Source: an uncultured Puniceicoccaceae bacterium
GTDB taxonomy: Bacteria; Verrucomicrobiota; Verrucomicrobiia; Opitutales; Oceanipulchritudinaceae
NCBI GenBank assembly: GCA_963933835.1
Contig: CAWVVV010000002.1
Location: 320,001 to 384,000, forward strand
Direction of reading: 5' to 3'
Length of the DNA stretch: 64,000 nucleotides
The notes beneath the pieces are model-generated. The model worked only from the letters and a program-made list of their open reading frames with translations, ran no database searches and was not told the origin of the DNA. Below are positions 21,205 through 30,914 of the stretch, piece after piece. Positions within the stretch are counted from its first letter, which is position 1, and every line of letters starts with the position of its first letter. The translations under genes were made by a program, and so were the position numbers.

Positions 21205-22515
21205 ATGACAGCGCGCGAGTTAATTGCCTTGAAACGAGAGGGCTTAGAGTTGACCACTGAGCAAATCGGAGAAGTCGTCCTCGGCGTGACGGATCAATCT
21301 TGGTCCGACGGTCAAATCGGCGCCTTCCTCATGGCGGCGTTTTGCCGTGGGCTTTCTCGAGCTGAGACAGTCGCGCTAACACTTGCGATGCGCGACTCGG
21401 GCGACCGGCTTCGCATTCGACCAACGAGTCGACCGGTCCTTGATAAGCACTCTACCGGAGGCGTCGGTGATAAGATTTCCCTGCCGCTCGCACCTCTCAT
21501 GGCATCATGTGGACTCTTCGTCCCGATGATTTCGGGGCGTGGCCTCGGTCACACCGGAGGTACGCTCGACAAGCTACAATCGATCCCTGACTTTCGGATG
21601 GATCCTGATCTTGAGGAGATGCGTCAACTCGTTGAAGAGGTTGGGACTGTCATCATTGGCCAAACTGGACGCCTCGCTCCGGCTGACCGCCGCCTCTATG
21701 CGATGCGCGACGCCACTTCGACGGTCGAGAGCCAGTCACTCATCGTCGCGAGTATTCTTTCCAAGAAACTGTGCGAAGATTTGGATGGCCTCGTTCTCGA
21801 TGTAAAGGTCGGCAACGGCGCTTTCTTCGATGATTTTGATAAGGCTCGGTCCCTTGCTGTTGCGCTCTGTGAAACAGCGCGTGAGGCGGGCGTGAAATGC
21901 ACTGCCGTCCTCACCGCGATGGATGAGCCCCTCGGCCACACCGTCGGGAATGCACTGGAAGTCATTGAGTCCAACGACGTCTTGCTGAACAAAGGCCCGA
22001 CGGATGTGAAGGAAGTCACGCTCGCTCTCGGTGCAGAGATGCTCCTCATGGGCGAGATTGTCGCAACGGAAGCTGAAGCGATGGCATTGATGGAGGAACA
22101 TCTCGCCTCGGGTAAAGCCTTTGAGGTGTGGAAGCGAATGATCACTACTCAGGGCGGTGACGTATCCAGAATTTTGGACGATGATTGGCTAGCGCATGCG
22201 CCAGCGAAGCTTGTCCTAGGGTTTGAAGGCAGCGCGCCTTCGTACGTCTCTTCAGTGAATGCCCGTGCCGTGGCAGAGGCAGCCTTGCTCCTCGGCGCCG
22301 GCCGTCTACGCGAGGATGCGGAGATCGATCCTTCTGCGGGGGTCAGTGATATTGTTAAGGTTGGCCAACGCATCGAGCTGGGTCAGGCTTTGTGCGTGTT
22401 GCACGGAGCAAGTGATGCCTTGCTTGATGAGCATGTTTCATCTTTTCGCTCGGCTTTTGAGTTTTCTGAAGAAGCGCCGAAGAAAGCACCTTTGATTCTC
22501 GAAGTGATACGTTAG
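21205..22515 (+). CDS. pdp: Pyrimidine-nucleoside/thymidine phosphorylase (canonical)
   Basis: DKHSTGGVGDK, MISGRGLGHTGGTLDKL, LYAMRD, SILSKK, DVKVGNGAF. Confidence 0.95.
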   Translation: MTARELIALKREGLELTTEQIGEVVLGVTDQSWSDGQIGAFLMAAFCRGLSRAETVALTLAMRDSGDRLRIRPTSRPVLDKHSTGGVGDKISLPLAPLMASCGLFVPMISGRGLGHTGGTLDKLQSIPDFRMDPDLEEMRQLVEEVGTVIIGQTGRLAPADRRLYAMRDATSTVESQSLIVASILSKKLCEDLDGLVLDVKVGNGAFFDDFDKARSLAVALCETAREAGVKCTAVLTAMDEPLGHTVGNALEVIESNDVLLNKGPTDVKEVTLALGAEMLLMGEIVATEAEAMALMEEHLASGKAFEVWKRMITTQGGDVSRILDDDWLAHAPAKLVLGFEGSAPSYVSSVNARAVAEAALLLGAGRLREDAEIDPSAGVSDIVKVGQRIELGQALCVLHGASDALLDEHVSSFRSAFEFSEEAPKKAPLILEVIR

Positions 22516-22517
22516 AT

Positions 22518-23333
22518 ATGGATAAATTGGATACGATTTTAGAAGTACTTAAGTCTCGCCTTGAAGGCCGCCAACCAAAGCTAGGGCTTGTTCTTGGCTC
22601 AGGGCTAAATTTCTTCGCGGAAGATGCGATCGATGACGCCGTCAGGATTCCATACGGTGAATTGCTGGGCTTCCCTGTCTCGACCGTCGAAGGTCACTCA
22701 GGTCAGTTCGTCGCGGGGAAGGTGGGTGATGTTGAGGTGCTGTGTATGCAAGGCCGCTTTCACTACTATGAGGGCTACGATATGGAGGAGGTTACGCTTC
22801 CAATTCGCGTCATGAAGCTGCTTGGAATCGATACACTGATCCTGACGAATGCTGCGGGCGGGGTGGACCCGAGCTTTAGTCCTGGTGACCTCATGCTTAT
22901 CACCGACCACATCAACTTTATCGGGGTCAACCCGCTCCGCGGTCCTAATGACAGTCGCTTTGGTCCTCGTTTCCACGACATGACAACCGCTTGGGATCCG
23001 CTCCTCCAAGAGCTGGCGCGTGCGACAGCCAAGAGCGAAGGCATTCCGATCAAGGAAGGCACCTATCTTGCGGTCAGTGGGCCGAGTTTTGAGACGCCCG
23101 CAGAAGTCAGCGCACTTCGTGTCTGGGGTGCGAATGCGGTTGGTATGTCGACGGTTCCAGAGTGTATCGTAGCACGTCATGCTGACATGCGCGTCTTAGG
23201 CTTCTCTTGTATCACCAATGCGGCGGCTGGGCTCAACGATGAGCCACTCTCTCATCAAGAAGTTTCCGAGACGGCGAATACCGTGAGGGAGCCTTTTGCT
23301 CGCTTAATCAAGCAAATCGTTCTTTCGATCTAG
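22518..23333 (+). CDS. punA: Purine-nucleoside phosphorylase (trimeric type)
   Basis: LGSGL, GRFHYYEGY, TNAAGG, GPSFETPAE, VGMSTVPE. Confidence 0.96.
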   Translation: MDKLDTILEVLKSRLEGRQPKLGLVLGSGLNFFAEDAIDDAVRIPYGELLGFPVSTVEGHSGQFVAGKVGDVEVLCMQGRFHYYEGYDMEEVTLPIRVMKLLGIDTLILTNAAGGVDPSFSPGDLMLITDHINFIGVNPLRGPNDSRFGPRFHDMTTAWDPLLQELARATAKSEGIPIKEGTYLAVSGPSFETPAEVSALRVWGANAVGMSTVPECIVARHADMRVLGFSCITNAAAGLNDEPLSHQEVSETANTVREPFARLIKQIVLSI

Positions 23334-23367
23334 TGCCCATTTTTGTTAATTTTTGAATTCATCTATA

Positions 23368-23994
23368 ATGTCTCTCAACGTCTTAAAGCATTCCCTCGCG
23401 CCGCAGTATCTCAATGTCATCCGCTCCAAAGCGACGGGGGCTAGAGCCTTTCGTGAAGCGGGCTTCAATATCGGCCTCTTGATTTGTTCAGAGGCCACAC
23501 GCGATCTGGCGACCGAACCCGTAAAGGTTGAAACGCCCTTGGAAACAGTTGGGAGTGAGCAACTTTCCGATCAACTGGCCGTCGTCAGCATCCTCCGCGC
23601 AGGCATGGCGATGGTCGATTCAGTCCTTCAGTTCTTTCCGGATGTTCGTGTCGGCGTCATTGGTATGGAGCGCAATGAAGAGACTGCAGTCGCGACTTCT
23701 TACTACGAAAAATTACCAGATCTTGAAGGCCGCGTCGTCCTTCTAGTTGATCCAATGCTAGCAACCGGTGGGTCCGCTGAAGACGTGCTCGACCGCATCT
23801 ACACGATGAAACCGAAAGAGGTGCGCTTCCTCTCCATCGTGGCCGCCCCAGAAGGCGTCGCTCGCCTCGAAAAGAAATTCCCTGATCTCAAAATTTACGC
23901 CGGTGCACTCGACCGCGAACTCAACGAAAAGAAATACATCCTCCCCGGTCTCGGCGATTACGGTGACCGGCACTTTGGGACGGACGAAGTGTAA
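23368..23994 (+). CDS. upp: Uracil phosphoribosyltransferase
   Basis: ILRAG, RNEETA, DPMLATGGS, YILPGLGDYGDR. Confidence 0.96.
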   Translation: MSLNVLKHSLAPQYLNVIRSKATGARAFREAGFNIGLLICSEATRDLATEPVKVETPLETVGSEQLSDQLAVVSILRAGMAMVDSVLQFFPDVRVGVIGMERNEETAVATSYYEKLPDLEGRVVLLVDPMLATGGSAEDVLDRIYTMKPKEVRFLSIVAAPEGVARLEKKFPDLKIYAGALDRELNEKKYILPGLGDYGDRHFGTDEV

Positions 23995-23996
23995 CG

Positions 23997-24629
23997 ATGA
24001 GTGAAGAACCTCTAGCTGCCTCTGGTGATTCCGCCACGATGATTATCTATGCCGCGTTTATTGTAACGGGGTTGGCAACCTGTTTTGTTGGGTCATTGAT
24101 CTTTCGCTATGTGCTGGCGTTGCTTTTGACCTTGGCGGGTGCGCTCGCAGGCTTGCAGGTGGTGCTGGAGCTTGAGATCGCAACAAACACGGGGATTTGG
24201 ATTGGCGCTGGCGCTGGTGCGATTCTGGGGCTTTTGATTTCGTTTTTCTTTATCAAGGCTGCAGCTGCAGTCGCGGGTGGAACACTGGCCTATGTCTTCG
24301 TTTCGCCGAATGTCGGTGACTTGATGGAGTGGAAAAACGCCCTCGTTTTAGGTGTTTCCTGCCTAGCAGGCGGCGTTGTTGGAGTCTTCCTCGCCAAGCC
24401 AACCATCCTTGTCGCGACGGCATTTGTTGGAGCATTTTTCGCCGTCTATGGCGGGCTCTACTTCATCGACGGCACGCAGTTACTCGAGGTGAGTGAGAAT
24501 GCGGTCGAGACGGGCCAGATCCTAGCGTCGCGCAAGTGGCCTTTTATCATCACCATCGTTCTCGGCGTGATCGGCGGGCTGGCACAAGTGACGCGGACTT
24601 GGAGAAATAAGCGGAGTAGTGATAAATGA
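23997..24629 (+). CDS. DUF4203/TM7S3-like multi-pass membrane protein
   Basis: GLATCFVGSLIFR; Gly-rich TM helices; TAFVGA. Confidence 0.7.
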   Translation: MSEEPLAASGDSATMIIYAAFIVTGLATCFVGSLIFRYVLALLLTLAGALAGLQVVLELEIATNTGIWIGAGAGAILGLLISFFFIKAAAAVAGGTLAYVFVSPNVGDLMEWKNALVLGVSCLAGGVVGVFLAKPTILVATAFVGAFFAVYGGLYFIDGTQLLEVSENAVETGQILASRKWPFIITIVLGVIGGLAQVTRTWRNKRSSDK

Positions 24630-24690
24630 TGAATTTTGAATGATGATTAGGAGCGGATAACTAGGTATTCATCATTCAAAACTCATCATT
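24625..24690. repeat. 22-bp inverted repeat of the AATGATG element between convergent genes
   Basis: AATGATGAATTTTGAATGATGA (24625-24646) vs TCATCATTCAAAACTCATCATT (24669-24690), 1 mismatch. Confidence 0.8.
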
Positions 24691-24692
24691 AA

Positions 24693-25226
24693 CTAAAGCC
24701 CGTAGTCACTCGGGTCGACGCCACGGGCGGCGATAGCGCGACGCAAGGAATCAAGTTCGAACTGCGCCCCGGGCAGGACGCCGTTGTTCGAGTACCATCC
24801 TTGATTCATTTCGAGAGCGAACTGGATTTGATCGCTTTGAGATCTTTTCGCCGAGAGGTCTTTTGGATACATTCGAACAACTTCGGTGAGCCGCCCAGCC
24901 GCGTCGATGTAGCCGATGTCGAGTGGAATGAGGGTGTTTTTCATCCAGAATGACATCTGCTGGGGCTTTCCGTAGACGAAGATCATCCCGTGATTTTCCG
25001 GCATCGATTCGCGATGCATGAGTCCGGTCGATTGCTCGGATATGTTCAGGGCGATTTCCACTTGAATCTCGAGTTCTCCGATACGGAGGGGCTGGGGGAC
25101 ATTGAGTGGGGCAGGGTCACTGCTGATCTGAATACCACTTTTGGCGGTTGAGCTTGTTTCTGCCTTTTCGCAGGCGGTCAGAAGAAGGATGCATAGGGCA
25201 AAGAGGGCGAACGGGCGCAATGTCAT
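24693..25226 (-). CDS. DUF192 family lipoprotein
   Basis: Lipobox LLTAC; GLMHRESMP..HGMIFVY, FWMKNTLIPLDI, ALEMNQG. Confidence 0.92.
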   Translation of the reverse strand: MTLRPFALFALCILLLTACEKAETSSTAKSGIQISSDPAPLNVPQPLRIGELEIQVEIALNISEQSTGLMHRESMPENHGMIFVYGKPQQMSFWMKNTLIPLDIGYIDAAGRLTEVVRMYPKDLSAKRSQSDQIQFALEMNQGWYSNNGVLPGAQFELDSLRRAIAARGVDPSDYGL

Positions 25227-25273
25227 GGGTCTTTGATGTGGACAGTGGGGTCGTGGCGACAAGGGTAAAGCGC

Positions 25274-26416
25274 ATGCCAAGCTCCGCACCGTCATCGTTT
25301 CCTGTCCTTTTATTCGCCTCCACAGAGCGCTCTGCTGATGCGCTCTATTTTGGTGGGGTCGAGGTGCCTGATGCCTTCATTGCCTTCGGCTATGGTTCAC
25401 AGCGGATTGCTGTCTTGAGTCGGCTTGAGATTGCTCGGGTGCGTAAGGAAGGCTGTTTTGACACCTGCCTGTCGTTGGAAGAATGCCAAGAGGCGGTAAA
25501 ACAGAACGGCGGGATGGGAACACCTGTAGAAGTCGTTGCTTTGATTGCGGAGGAGTGGGCGATCGAGGGTTTTGAAATCGGCTATGATTTTCCAGCGGGC
25601 CTCGCTAACCAACTCATAGGCGCAGGTGTCACCCTACGGGTTGTTGAAGGAGCGCTCTTCCCTGAACGTGAGATCAAGGCCGATATCGAGGCCGATGCAA
25701 TTCGCGAAGGTAATGCAGCTTCCGCTGCAGGCTTTAAAGTCGTGGAAAAAGCACTGCGTCGAGCCACCATTGGTCGCGGAAAGAAACTCTATCTGGATGA
25801 CAAGTTGCTCACGTCTGAGCGCCTTCGGCAAATGATCGATATTGCCTGCCTTGAGCGTAGCGCGGTAGCGAACGGAACGATCGTCGCAGGCGGAGACCAA
25901 GCTTGTGACCCCCATTGCCGAGGCACTGGGCCATTGCGTGCAGACGAGTTCATCATCGTCGATATCTTCCCGCGTGTCACAAGAACTGGATACCATGGCG
26001 ATATGACCCGTACGTATCTTAAGGGACAGGCGAGCAAGGAACAGAAGTCGCTTTACGCTGCGGTCTTTGACGCGCAGCAGGCGGCGATCAAAGAGGTGAA
26101 GGCCGGCAAGAGTGGTACGAAAATTTATAAAGGTGTGTGCGCTTCTTTTGAGGGCAAAGGCTACGCGACCGAGGTCGTTGATGGTACGCCAGTGGGCTTC
26201 TTTCATGGCCTCGGCCATGGTCTTGGGCTTGAAGTGCACGAAGCGCCCCGCGTCGGCGCAGTGAAGTCGCGCTTAAAAAAGGGGCAAGTCATCACGGTTG
26301 AGCCAGGGCTCTATTACCCCGGTCTTGGAGGTGTTCGCGTCGAGGATGTCGTGCGTGTGACGAGCGGCGAGCCGGAGATGCTTTCAAAGCATCCATATCG
26401 CTGGCACATCAAATGA
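25274..26416 (+). CDS. Xaa-Pro peptidase, M24B family
   Basis: DPH, IIVDIFP..TGYHGDMTRT, FFHGLGHGLGLEVHEAP, TVEPGLY, GVRVED. Confidence 0.93.
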   Translation: MPSSAPSSFPVLLFASTERSADALYFGGVEVPDAFIAFGYGSQRIAVLSRLEIARVRKEGCFDTCLSLEECQEAVKQNGGMGTPVEVVALIAEEWAIEGFEIGYDFPAGLANQLIGAGVTLRVVEGALFPEREIKADIEADAIREGNAASAAGFKVVEKALRRATIGRGKKLYLDDKLLTSERLRQMIDIACLERSAVANGTIVAGGDQACDPHCRGTGPLRADEFIIVDIFPRVTRTGYHGDMTRTYLKGQASKEQKSLYAAVFDAQQAAIKEVKAGKSGTKIYKGVCASFEGKGYATEVVDGTPVGFFHGLGHGLGLEVHEAPRVGAVKSRLKKGQVITVEPGLYYPGLGGVRVEDVVRVTSGEPEMLSKHPYRWHIK

Positions 26417-26470
26417 TGAATGATGAATGGTGAATGGTGTGATGTCTTAAATCTTTTCTATTCATCATTC
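26412..26470. repeat. AATGRTG heptamer tandem (x4) with short inverted partner
   Basis: AATGATG AATGATG AATGGTG AATGGTG ... ATTCATCATT. Confidence 0.65.
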
Positions 26471-26479
26471 AATATTTCC

Positions 26480-27577
26480 TTACCACGCCTTCTGCCAACC
26501 AAGCGTCAGGGCCCAATCGGTTTCGAGTTGGTAGCCATTGAGGTTTTGCCAGAGCGGAAGGCGAAGATCGATGGCGAATCGGTGCCCCTTGAGGATGCCG
26601 CCGTCGATGAGGCTGTTTACGCCGAAAATGGCTTCGATGGATTCGCCGCCGTAATTGTCGCTAAAGGCCGTCGTGACGGTTTCACGGCTCGGCGCGAAGG
26701 GTGGATTCAGTAAAAGGTCTTCCTGCTCCCCGCGCATTTTTCCCGACCATTGGTAGGCGAGGCCGGTGCTGATGCCGAATGAATTACCGAGGGGCAGGGA
26801 ACCCCATGCAGTCGCCTTGAACTGGTCGCCGAGGCGGCAGCCTTGATCGTTGTGCCCGGTACGAATTGTTCCAGCTAACTGACCCCCGAAGGAGACGCTT
26901 TCGCGCTGCTCCACCCAGGTGAAACTTGGCAGGAGGTCGTAGGTGCCGGATCCAAGTTGCATCGGTGCTGGAAGCTGGCGTTCAAAGAGTCCACCCATGC
27001 CCGGTTCGCTACCTATCGATGGAGCGGGTATTGCATCCGATTCAGTGATGGATCCGGTGGGGAGGCTGATCCCGAGGCCGACATGAGCACGGCTGTCCTC
27101 ATCACGGTAAACGGAATAGAGGGCGCTTAGCTTGATGTCGCTAACCCCTTCGGTCTCGGTCGTAAATACATCGCTGCCGCCGTTGAAGTTAAGCAGAGGT
27201 GTCGCCATGCCGAAGATGCGGTGATCCATCTCAGTGGACGTATAGTTGGCCATCGCCATGAGGGTGAGCTGATCGCTCGGGGCATGCATGAAACCCAACA
27301 TGTGCATATCCATCGTCATCTCCTCGGGCGTGATGGTGTAGTTCGCCGCGAAGACTGCATCGCTTGAGGCGCTGGTTGTTCCGTTTCGCATACCGTCCAT
27401 CTGCATTCGCATGAAGCGATAGGAGAGCATGCTTTCGCCCTTAGCGTGAATGTGTTCACCCATGATGGAGATGGGGGCATGGGCGTCGATACGGCCGGTA
27501 TCGAATGAATGAGCAAAGCTCGATGTGCTGAGTAATACGCCGGTTAAGAACGTAGAAGGGTAAGAAAATCTTTTCAT
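26480..27577 (-). CDS. His/Met-rich outer-membrane beta-barrel (transporter/phenol MetA-degradation-like family)
   Basis: Signal peptide; HAPISIMGEHIH, MTMDMHMLGFM, GISLPTG, MQLGSGTYD; terminal W. Confidence 0.75.
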   Translation of the reverse strand: MKRFSYPSTFLTGVLLSTSSFAHSFDTGRIDAHAPISIMGEHIHAKGESMLSYRFMRMQMDGMRNGTTSASSDAVFAANYTITPEEMTMDMHMLGFMHAPSDQLTLMAMANYTSTEMDHRIFGMATPLLNFNGGSDVFTTETEGVSDIKLSALYSVYRDEDSRAHVGLGISLPTGSITESDAIPAPSIGSEPGMGGLFERQLPAPMQLGSGTYDLLPSFTWVEQRESVSFGGQLAGTIRTGHNDQGCRLGDQFKATAWGSLPLGNSFGISTGLAYQWSGKMRGEQEDLLLNPPFAPSRETVTTAFSDNYGGESIEAIFGVNSLIDGGILKGHRFAIDLRLPLWQNLNGYQLETDWALTLGWQKAW

Positions 27578-27719
27578 CTGAAGTGTTTGCGTAAGGTGGG
27601 TGCCCGAGGTTCAGAATTTTACTCAGGCGGGTTGGATGTAGGCCAAAGGCGATTCAGCGCTACAGATCAATCACCTACATAGTAAAAAGTGTAGATGATT
27701 TTGGATACGGTTGGATGTC

Positions 27720-28109
27720 TTACGCTAACCGCGGAGGTGGCCCAAGTGGAGTGTCGATGTACTCGCAAGGGGGCGATGGATCGCTGAGCTGAAGCTCCTG
27801 CGTTCGAGGATGAAAAATGAGTGCAACTCCGAGGCTTCTGAGCGGGAGGAGACGGACTTCCTGCTGAAGCCGGAATTGATCAGCCTGCCAGGTATTGTCT
27901 TTCGTGTCTTCGACAAAGGCACAGTAGCCACAGCTTTCTTCTCCGTTGAAGGTGTAGGAAAGCGCGTCACCGATCGGCATTTGTTCCGAGTATTGGGAAA
28001 ACATCGTTGCCCAGCCGTAGGCTTGGACCAACGCCACATGCAGGCCGCTCAAGCACAGAAAGCAGAGAGCAGTTGCGAGAAGGAAGCAGCGTTGCAGTTT
28101 TGAAGGCAC
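27720..28109 (-). CDS. Exported leader protein with CxxC and C-terminal PPPR (candidate arrest peptide)
   Basis: Hydrophobic N-terminus, TFNGEESCGYC, ends DTPLGPPPRLA*; upstream of the OM barrel gene. Confidence 0.7.
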   Translation of the reverse strand: MPSKLQRCFLLATALCFLCLSGLHVALVQAYGWATMFSQYSEQMPIGDALSYTFNGEESCGYCAFVEDTKDNTWQADQFRLQQEVRLLPLRSLGVALIFHPRTQELQLSDPSPPCEYIDTPLGPPPRLA

Positions 28110-28215
28110 AGGACGAAAACGGGGTCATTTGTCGGTTTTTCGTCCCGCAAGTGTCAACCGATTTTGCGCAAGAAGCGGGTGGGCAAAGCGCAGGTTTCTA
28201 TGCTAATCTGTTTCC

Positions 28216-29058
28216 ATGGCATCGCATTATGACTGCATCGCAACCGCGATTGATCTCTTGGTGAAGCGACACGCGGAGGTACCGAGTCTGGAGGAACTCA
28301 GCGGTCAAGCTGGTTTGAGCTTATCCCACTTTCAGCGGCTCTTCACGGAGTTCGTCGGGATCAGTCCGAAGCGTTTCTCCCAGCACCTGTTTTTGCAGGA
28401 CGCGAGGGAGCGGCTTCAACGAGGAGAAGCGGTGCTGGATGCAGCCTTGGGTTCGGGACTTTCTGGACCAGGACGATTGCATCATCTGACCGTGCATTGC
28501 GAGGCGGTTACGCCAGGGGAACAGCGTTCAGGAGGCAAGGATCTGCGGATTGAATATGATTGGAGCTTAACCCCTTTCGGCTGGGGTCTCTTTGGGAAAA
28601 CGTCGCGCGGCTTGTGCTATTTTGCGCTCCATGAGACTGCCTCGGAGGAGGCCCTCGCGGCGCTCAAGAAACGGTTTCCTGCCGCGGATCTGGAGGAGAA
28701 GTTAGGACTAGCGGCTGAGCTTTGTGCTCGGATCTTTTCTTCGGAGCCAAGTGGGCCAATAGCGTTGCATCTTCGGGGAACAAATTTCCAGATCCAAGTC
28801 TGGCAGGCCTTGATGGCAATTCCCGATGGATTGGCCGCAAGCTACGGATCCGTCGCTCGCAAAATAGACCGCCCAAAAGCTTCGCGTGCGGTCGGCACTG
28901 CGGTGGGAAATAACCCCGTCGCGATCCTTATTCCGTGCCATCGTGTGCTGCGCGAGAGTGGGGCGATCGGTGGCTACCGCTGGGGCTTGGATAGGAAGCG
29001 TGCGCTCCTGGCCTGGGAGCGAGCCCGGCCTGCGAATAGCAGCTCAGTAGGTAGATAG
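28216..29058 (+). CDS. AraC-HTH / methylated-DNA-protein-cysteine methyltransferase fusion (Ada-like without N-terminal Zn domain)
   Basis: SLSHFQRLF..GISPK, GTNFQIQVW, RAVGTAVG.NP, IPCHRV. Confidence 0.93.
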   Translation: MASHYDCIATAIDLLVKRHAEVPSLEELSGQAGLSLSHFQRLFTEFVGISPKRFSQHLFLQDARERLQRGEAVLDAALGSGLSGPGRLHHLTVHCEAVTPGEQRSGGKDLRIEYDWSLTPFGWGLFGKTSRGLCYFALHETASEEALAALKKRFPAADLEEKLGLAAELCARIFSSEPSGPIALHLRGTNFQIQVWQALMAIPDGLAASYGSVARKIDRPKASRAVGTAVGNNPVAILIPCHRVLRESGAIGGYRWGLDRKRALLAWERARPANSSSVGR

Positions 29059-29083
29059 CCGAAATTGAGGGCGTGTGGGTGCC

Positions 29084-29115
29084 TTGACTTTCCAATGTAG
29101 CCTGTGCTACATTGG
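29084..29115 (+). promoter_or_regulatory. sigma70-type promoter (TTGACT-18-TACATT) overlapped by a perfect 10-4-10 palindromic operator
   Basis: CCAATGTAGC-CTGT-GCTACATTGG at 29092-29115, 4 nt before the ATG of the metal-binding protein. Confidence 0.75.
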
Positions 29116-29119
29116 TCAT

Positions 29120-30058
29120 ATGTTTAAACTTGGATGGTTATTGTTAGCGCTTTTCATTGGCTTGCCGCTGGCGGGACAAACGGAGCCGTATCGGATCGTT
29201 GCGACGGTTGCGATGGTGACGGATATTGTTCGCCAAGTGGCGGGTGATCGCGCCGAGGTCACGGGGCTACTGGGCGAGGGGATCGACCCTCACCTCTACA
29301 AGCCCACCCGAACCGACATCGGTCAACTGCTTCGCGCGGACGTAATTTTCTACAATGGCCTCCTTCTTGAAGGTAAAATGTCCGACGCGCTCATCCGCGC
29401 TGCGACCGCAGGCAAGAAGGTCCACGCGGTCACGGAACTGATCGACGAAGGCTATCTTCTCTCACCCGAAGAATTTGCAGGCCACTATGATCCGCATGTT
29501 TGGATGGACCCTAGCGCGTGGGCGAAGGCGGTTGATGTGGTTGAGGCGAAATTGACAGCGTTTGATCCCGCGAGTGAAACGACCTACGCGACAAATGCGG
29601 CGGCATTGAGGGAACGGATCCAAAAACTGGATGCGTATGCTGAGCAGGCTCTAAGCAGTGTGCCTGAAAAACAACGTGTGCTCGTAACCGCGCACGACGC
29701 CTTTAACTATTTCGGCCGTCGCTTCGGCTACGAAGTTGTTGGCATCCAAGGTATCTCAACGGAGTCAGAGGCAGGTGTGCTTGATTTGGAGAACCTCGTG
29801 AATCTCCTCGTCGAACGAAAAGTTCGCGCCGTATTTGTCGAATCAACCGTTTCTGAGCGCAATATTAAGGCACTTATTGCGGGTGCAGCAGCTCGAGGAC
29901 ACACCGTTGTCATCGGAGGTGAACTCTTTAGTGATGCGATGGGGCAGCCTGGTACCTATGAGGGAACCTATATCGGGATGATCGATCACAACGCATCGAC
30001 GGTGGCGCGAGCGCTCGGGGGCACTCTGCCTGAAGGTGGATTTTCAACTGCGGACTGA
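29120..30058 (+). CDS. Mn/Zn/Fe ABC transporter substrate-binding protein (TroA-like)
   Basis: [34 protein letters not shown]. Confidence 0.95.
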   Translation: MFKLGWLLLALFIGLPLAGQTEPYRIVATVAMVTDIVRQVAGDRAEVTGLLGEGIDPHLYKPTRTDIGQLLRADVIFYNGLLLEGKMSDALIRAATAGKKVHAVTELIDEGYLLSPEEFAGHYDPHVWMDPSAWAKAVDVVEAKLTAFDPASETTYATNAAALRERIQKLDAYAEQALSSVPEKQRVLVTAHDAFNYFGRRFGYEVVGIQGISTESEAGVLDLENLVNLLVERKVRAVFVESTVSERNIKALIAGAAARGHTVVIGGELFSDAMGQPGTYEGTYIGMIDHNASTVARALGGTLPEGGFSTAD

Positions 30059-30062
30059 ATCA

Positions 30063-30914
30063 ATGGGAACTGACCGCACACTGCTTCACCGTACCGGTAT
30101 TTCGGATACACGAGAACCGCTTTCGACGCGCCCCGAACACTCGGCGGAAAGTCCGCTCTCAATTCACGCGATGACGGTGGCCTACCACCGGCGCCCAGTG
30201 CTGTGGGATGTCGATTACGACGCCCCATCAAATAAGCTGATCGCGATCGTTGGTCCAAATGGGGCGGGCAAGAGCACCATGATAAAGGCCTGCTTGGGTC
30301 TCACTCAACGCGCCTCTGGCCAAGTCGAATACTGGGGGCGATCTTATCGCAGTCAGCGCAGTCGGGTGGGGTATGTGCCGCAACGCGAAACCGTCGACTG
30401 GGACTTCCCGGTTTCCGCCCTCGATGTCGTTTGTATGGGGCTTTACCGCGAGATCGGCTGGCTGCGCCCTGTAGGTAAAAAACATAAAGCCCTCGCTTTG
30501 GAATGCCTCGATAAGGTGGGCATGGCTGACTACGCTCAGCGCCAGATCAGTCAGCTCTCGGGTGGCCAGCAGCAACGGGTTTTCCTTGCACGGGCGCTCG
30601 CACAGCAGGCGGATCTCTATTTCATGGACGAGCCCTTTGTCGGGGTCGATACAGCCACCGAGCGTTCGATTATAGCGGTTTTGAGGGATCTGCGTGATTC
30701 AGGAAAAACAGTCATTGCGGTCCATCATGACTTGCCGACCGTTCCTGAGTATTTTGATGAAGTCGTCTTGCTGAATATGCGGGTCGTTGCCTCTGGGCCT
30801 GTCCCGGAAGTGTTCACGCAGGACAATTTGCAGAAGACTTATGGTGGCCGGCTTACGCTTCTTTCCGAGGCGGCAGAAGCGATGGCTCGGGCGGCGTCTG
30901 GATTGGACTCTTGA
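30063..30914 (+). CDS. Mn/Zn ABC transporter ATP-binding protein (TroB-like)
   Basis: [32 protein letters not shown]. Confidence 0.95.
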   Translation: MGTDRTLLHRTGISDTREPLSTRPEHSAESPLSIHAMTVAYHRRPVLWDVDYDAPSNKLIAIVGPNGAGKSTMIKACLGLTQRASGQVEYWGRSYRSQRSRVGYVPQRETVDWDFPVSALDVVCMGLYREIGWLRPVGKKHKALALECLDKVGMADYAQRQISQLSGGQQQRVFLARALAQQADLYFMDEPFVGVDTATERSIIAVLRDLRDSGKTVIAVHHDLPTVPEYFDEVVLLNMRVVASGPVPEVFTQDNLQKTYGGRLTLLSEAAEAMARAASGLDS

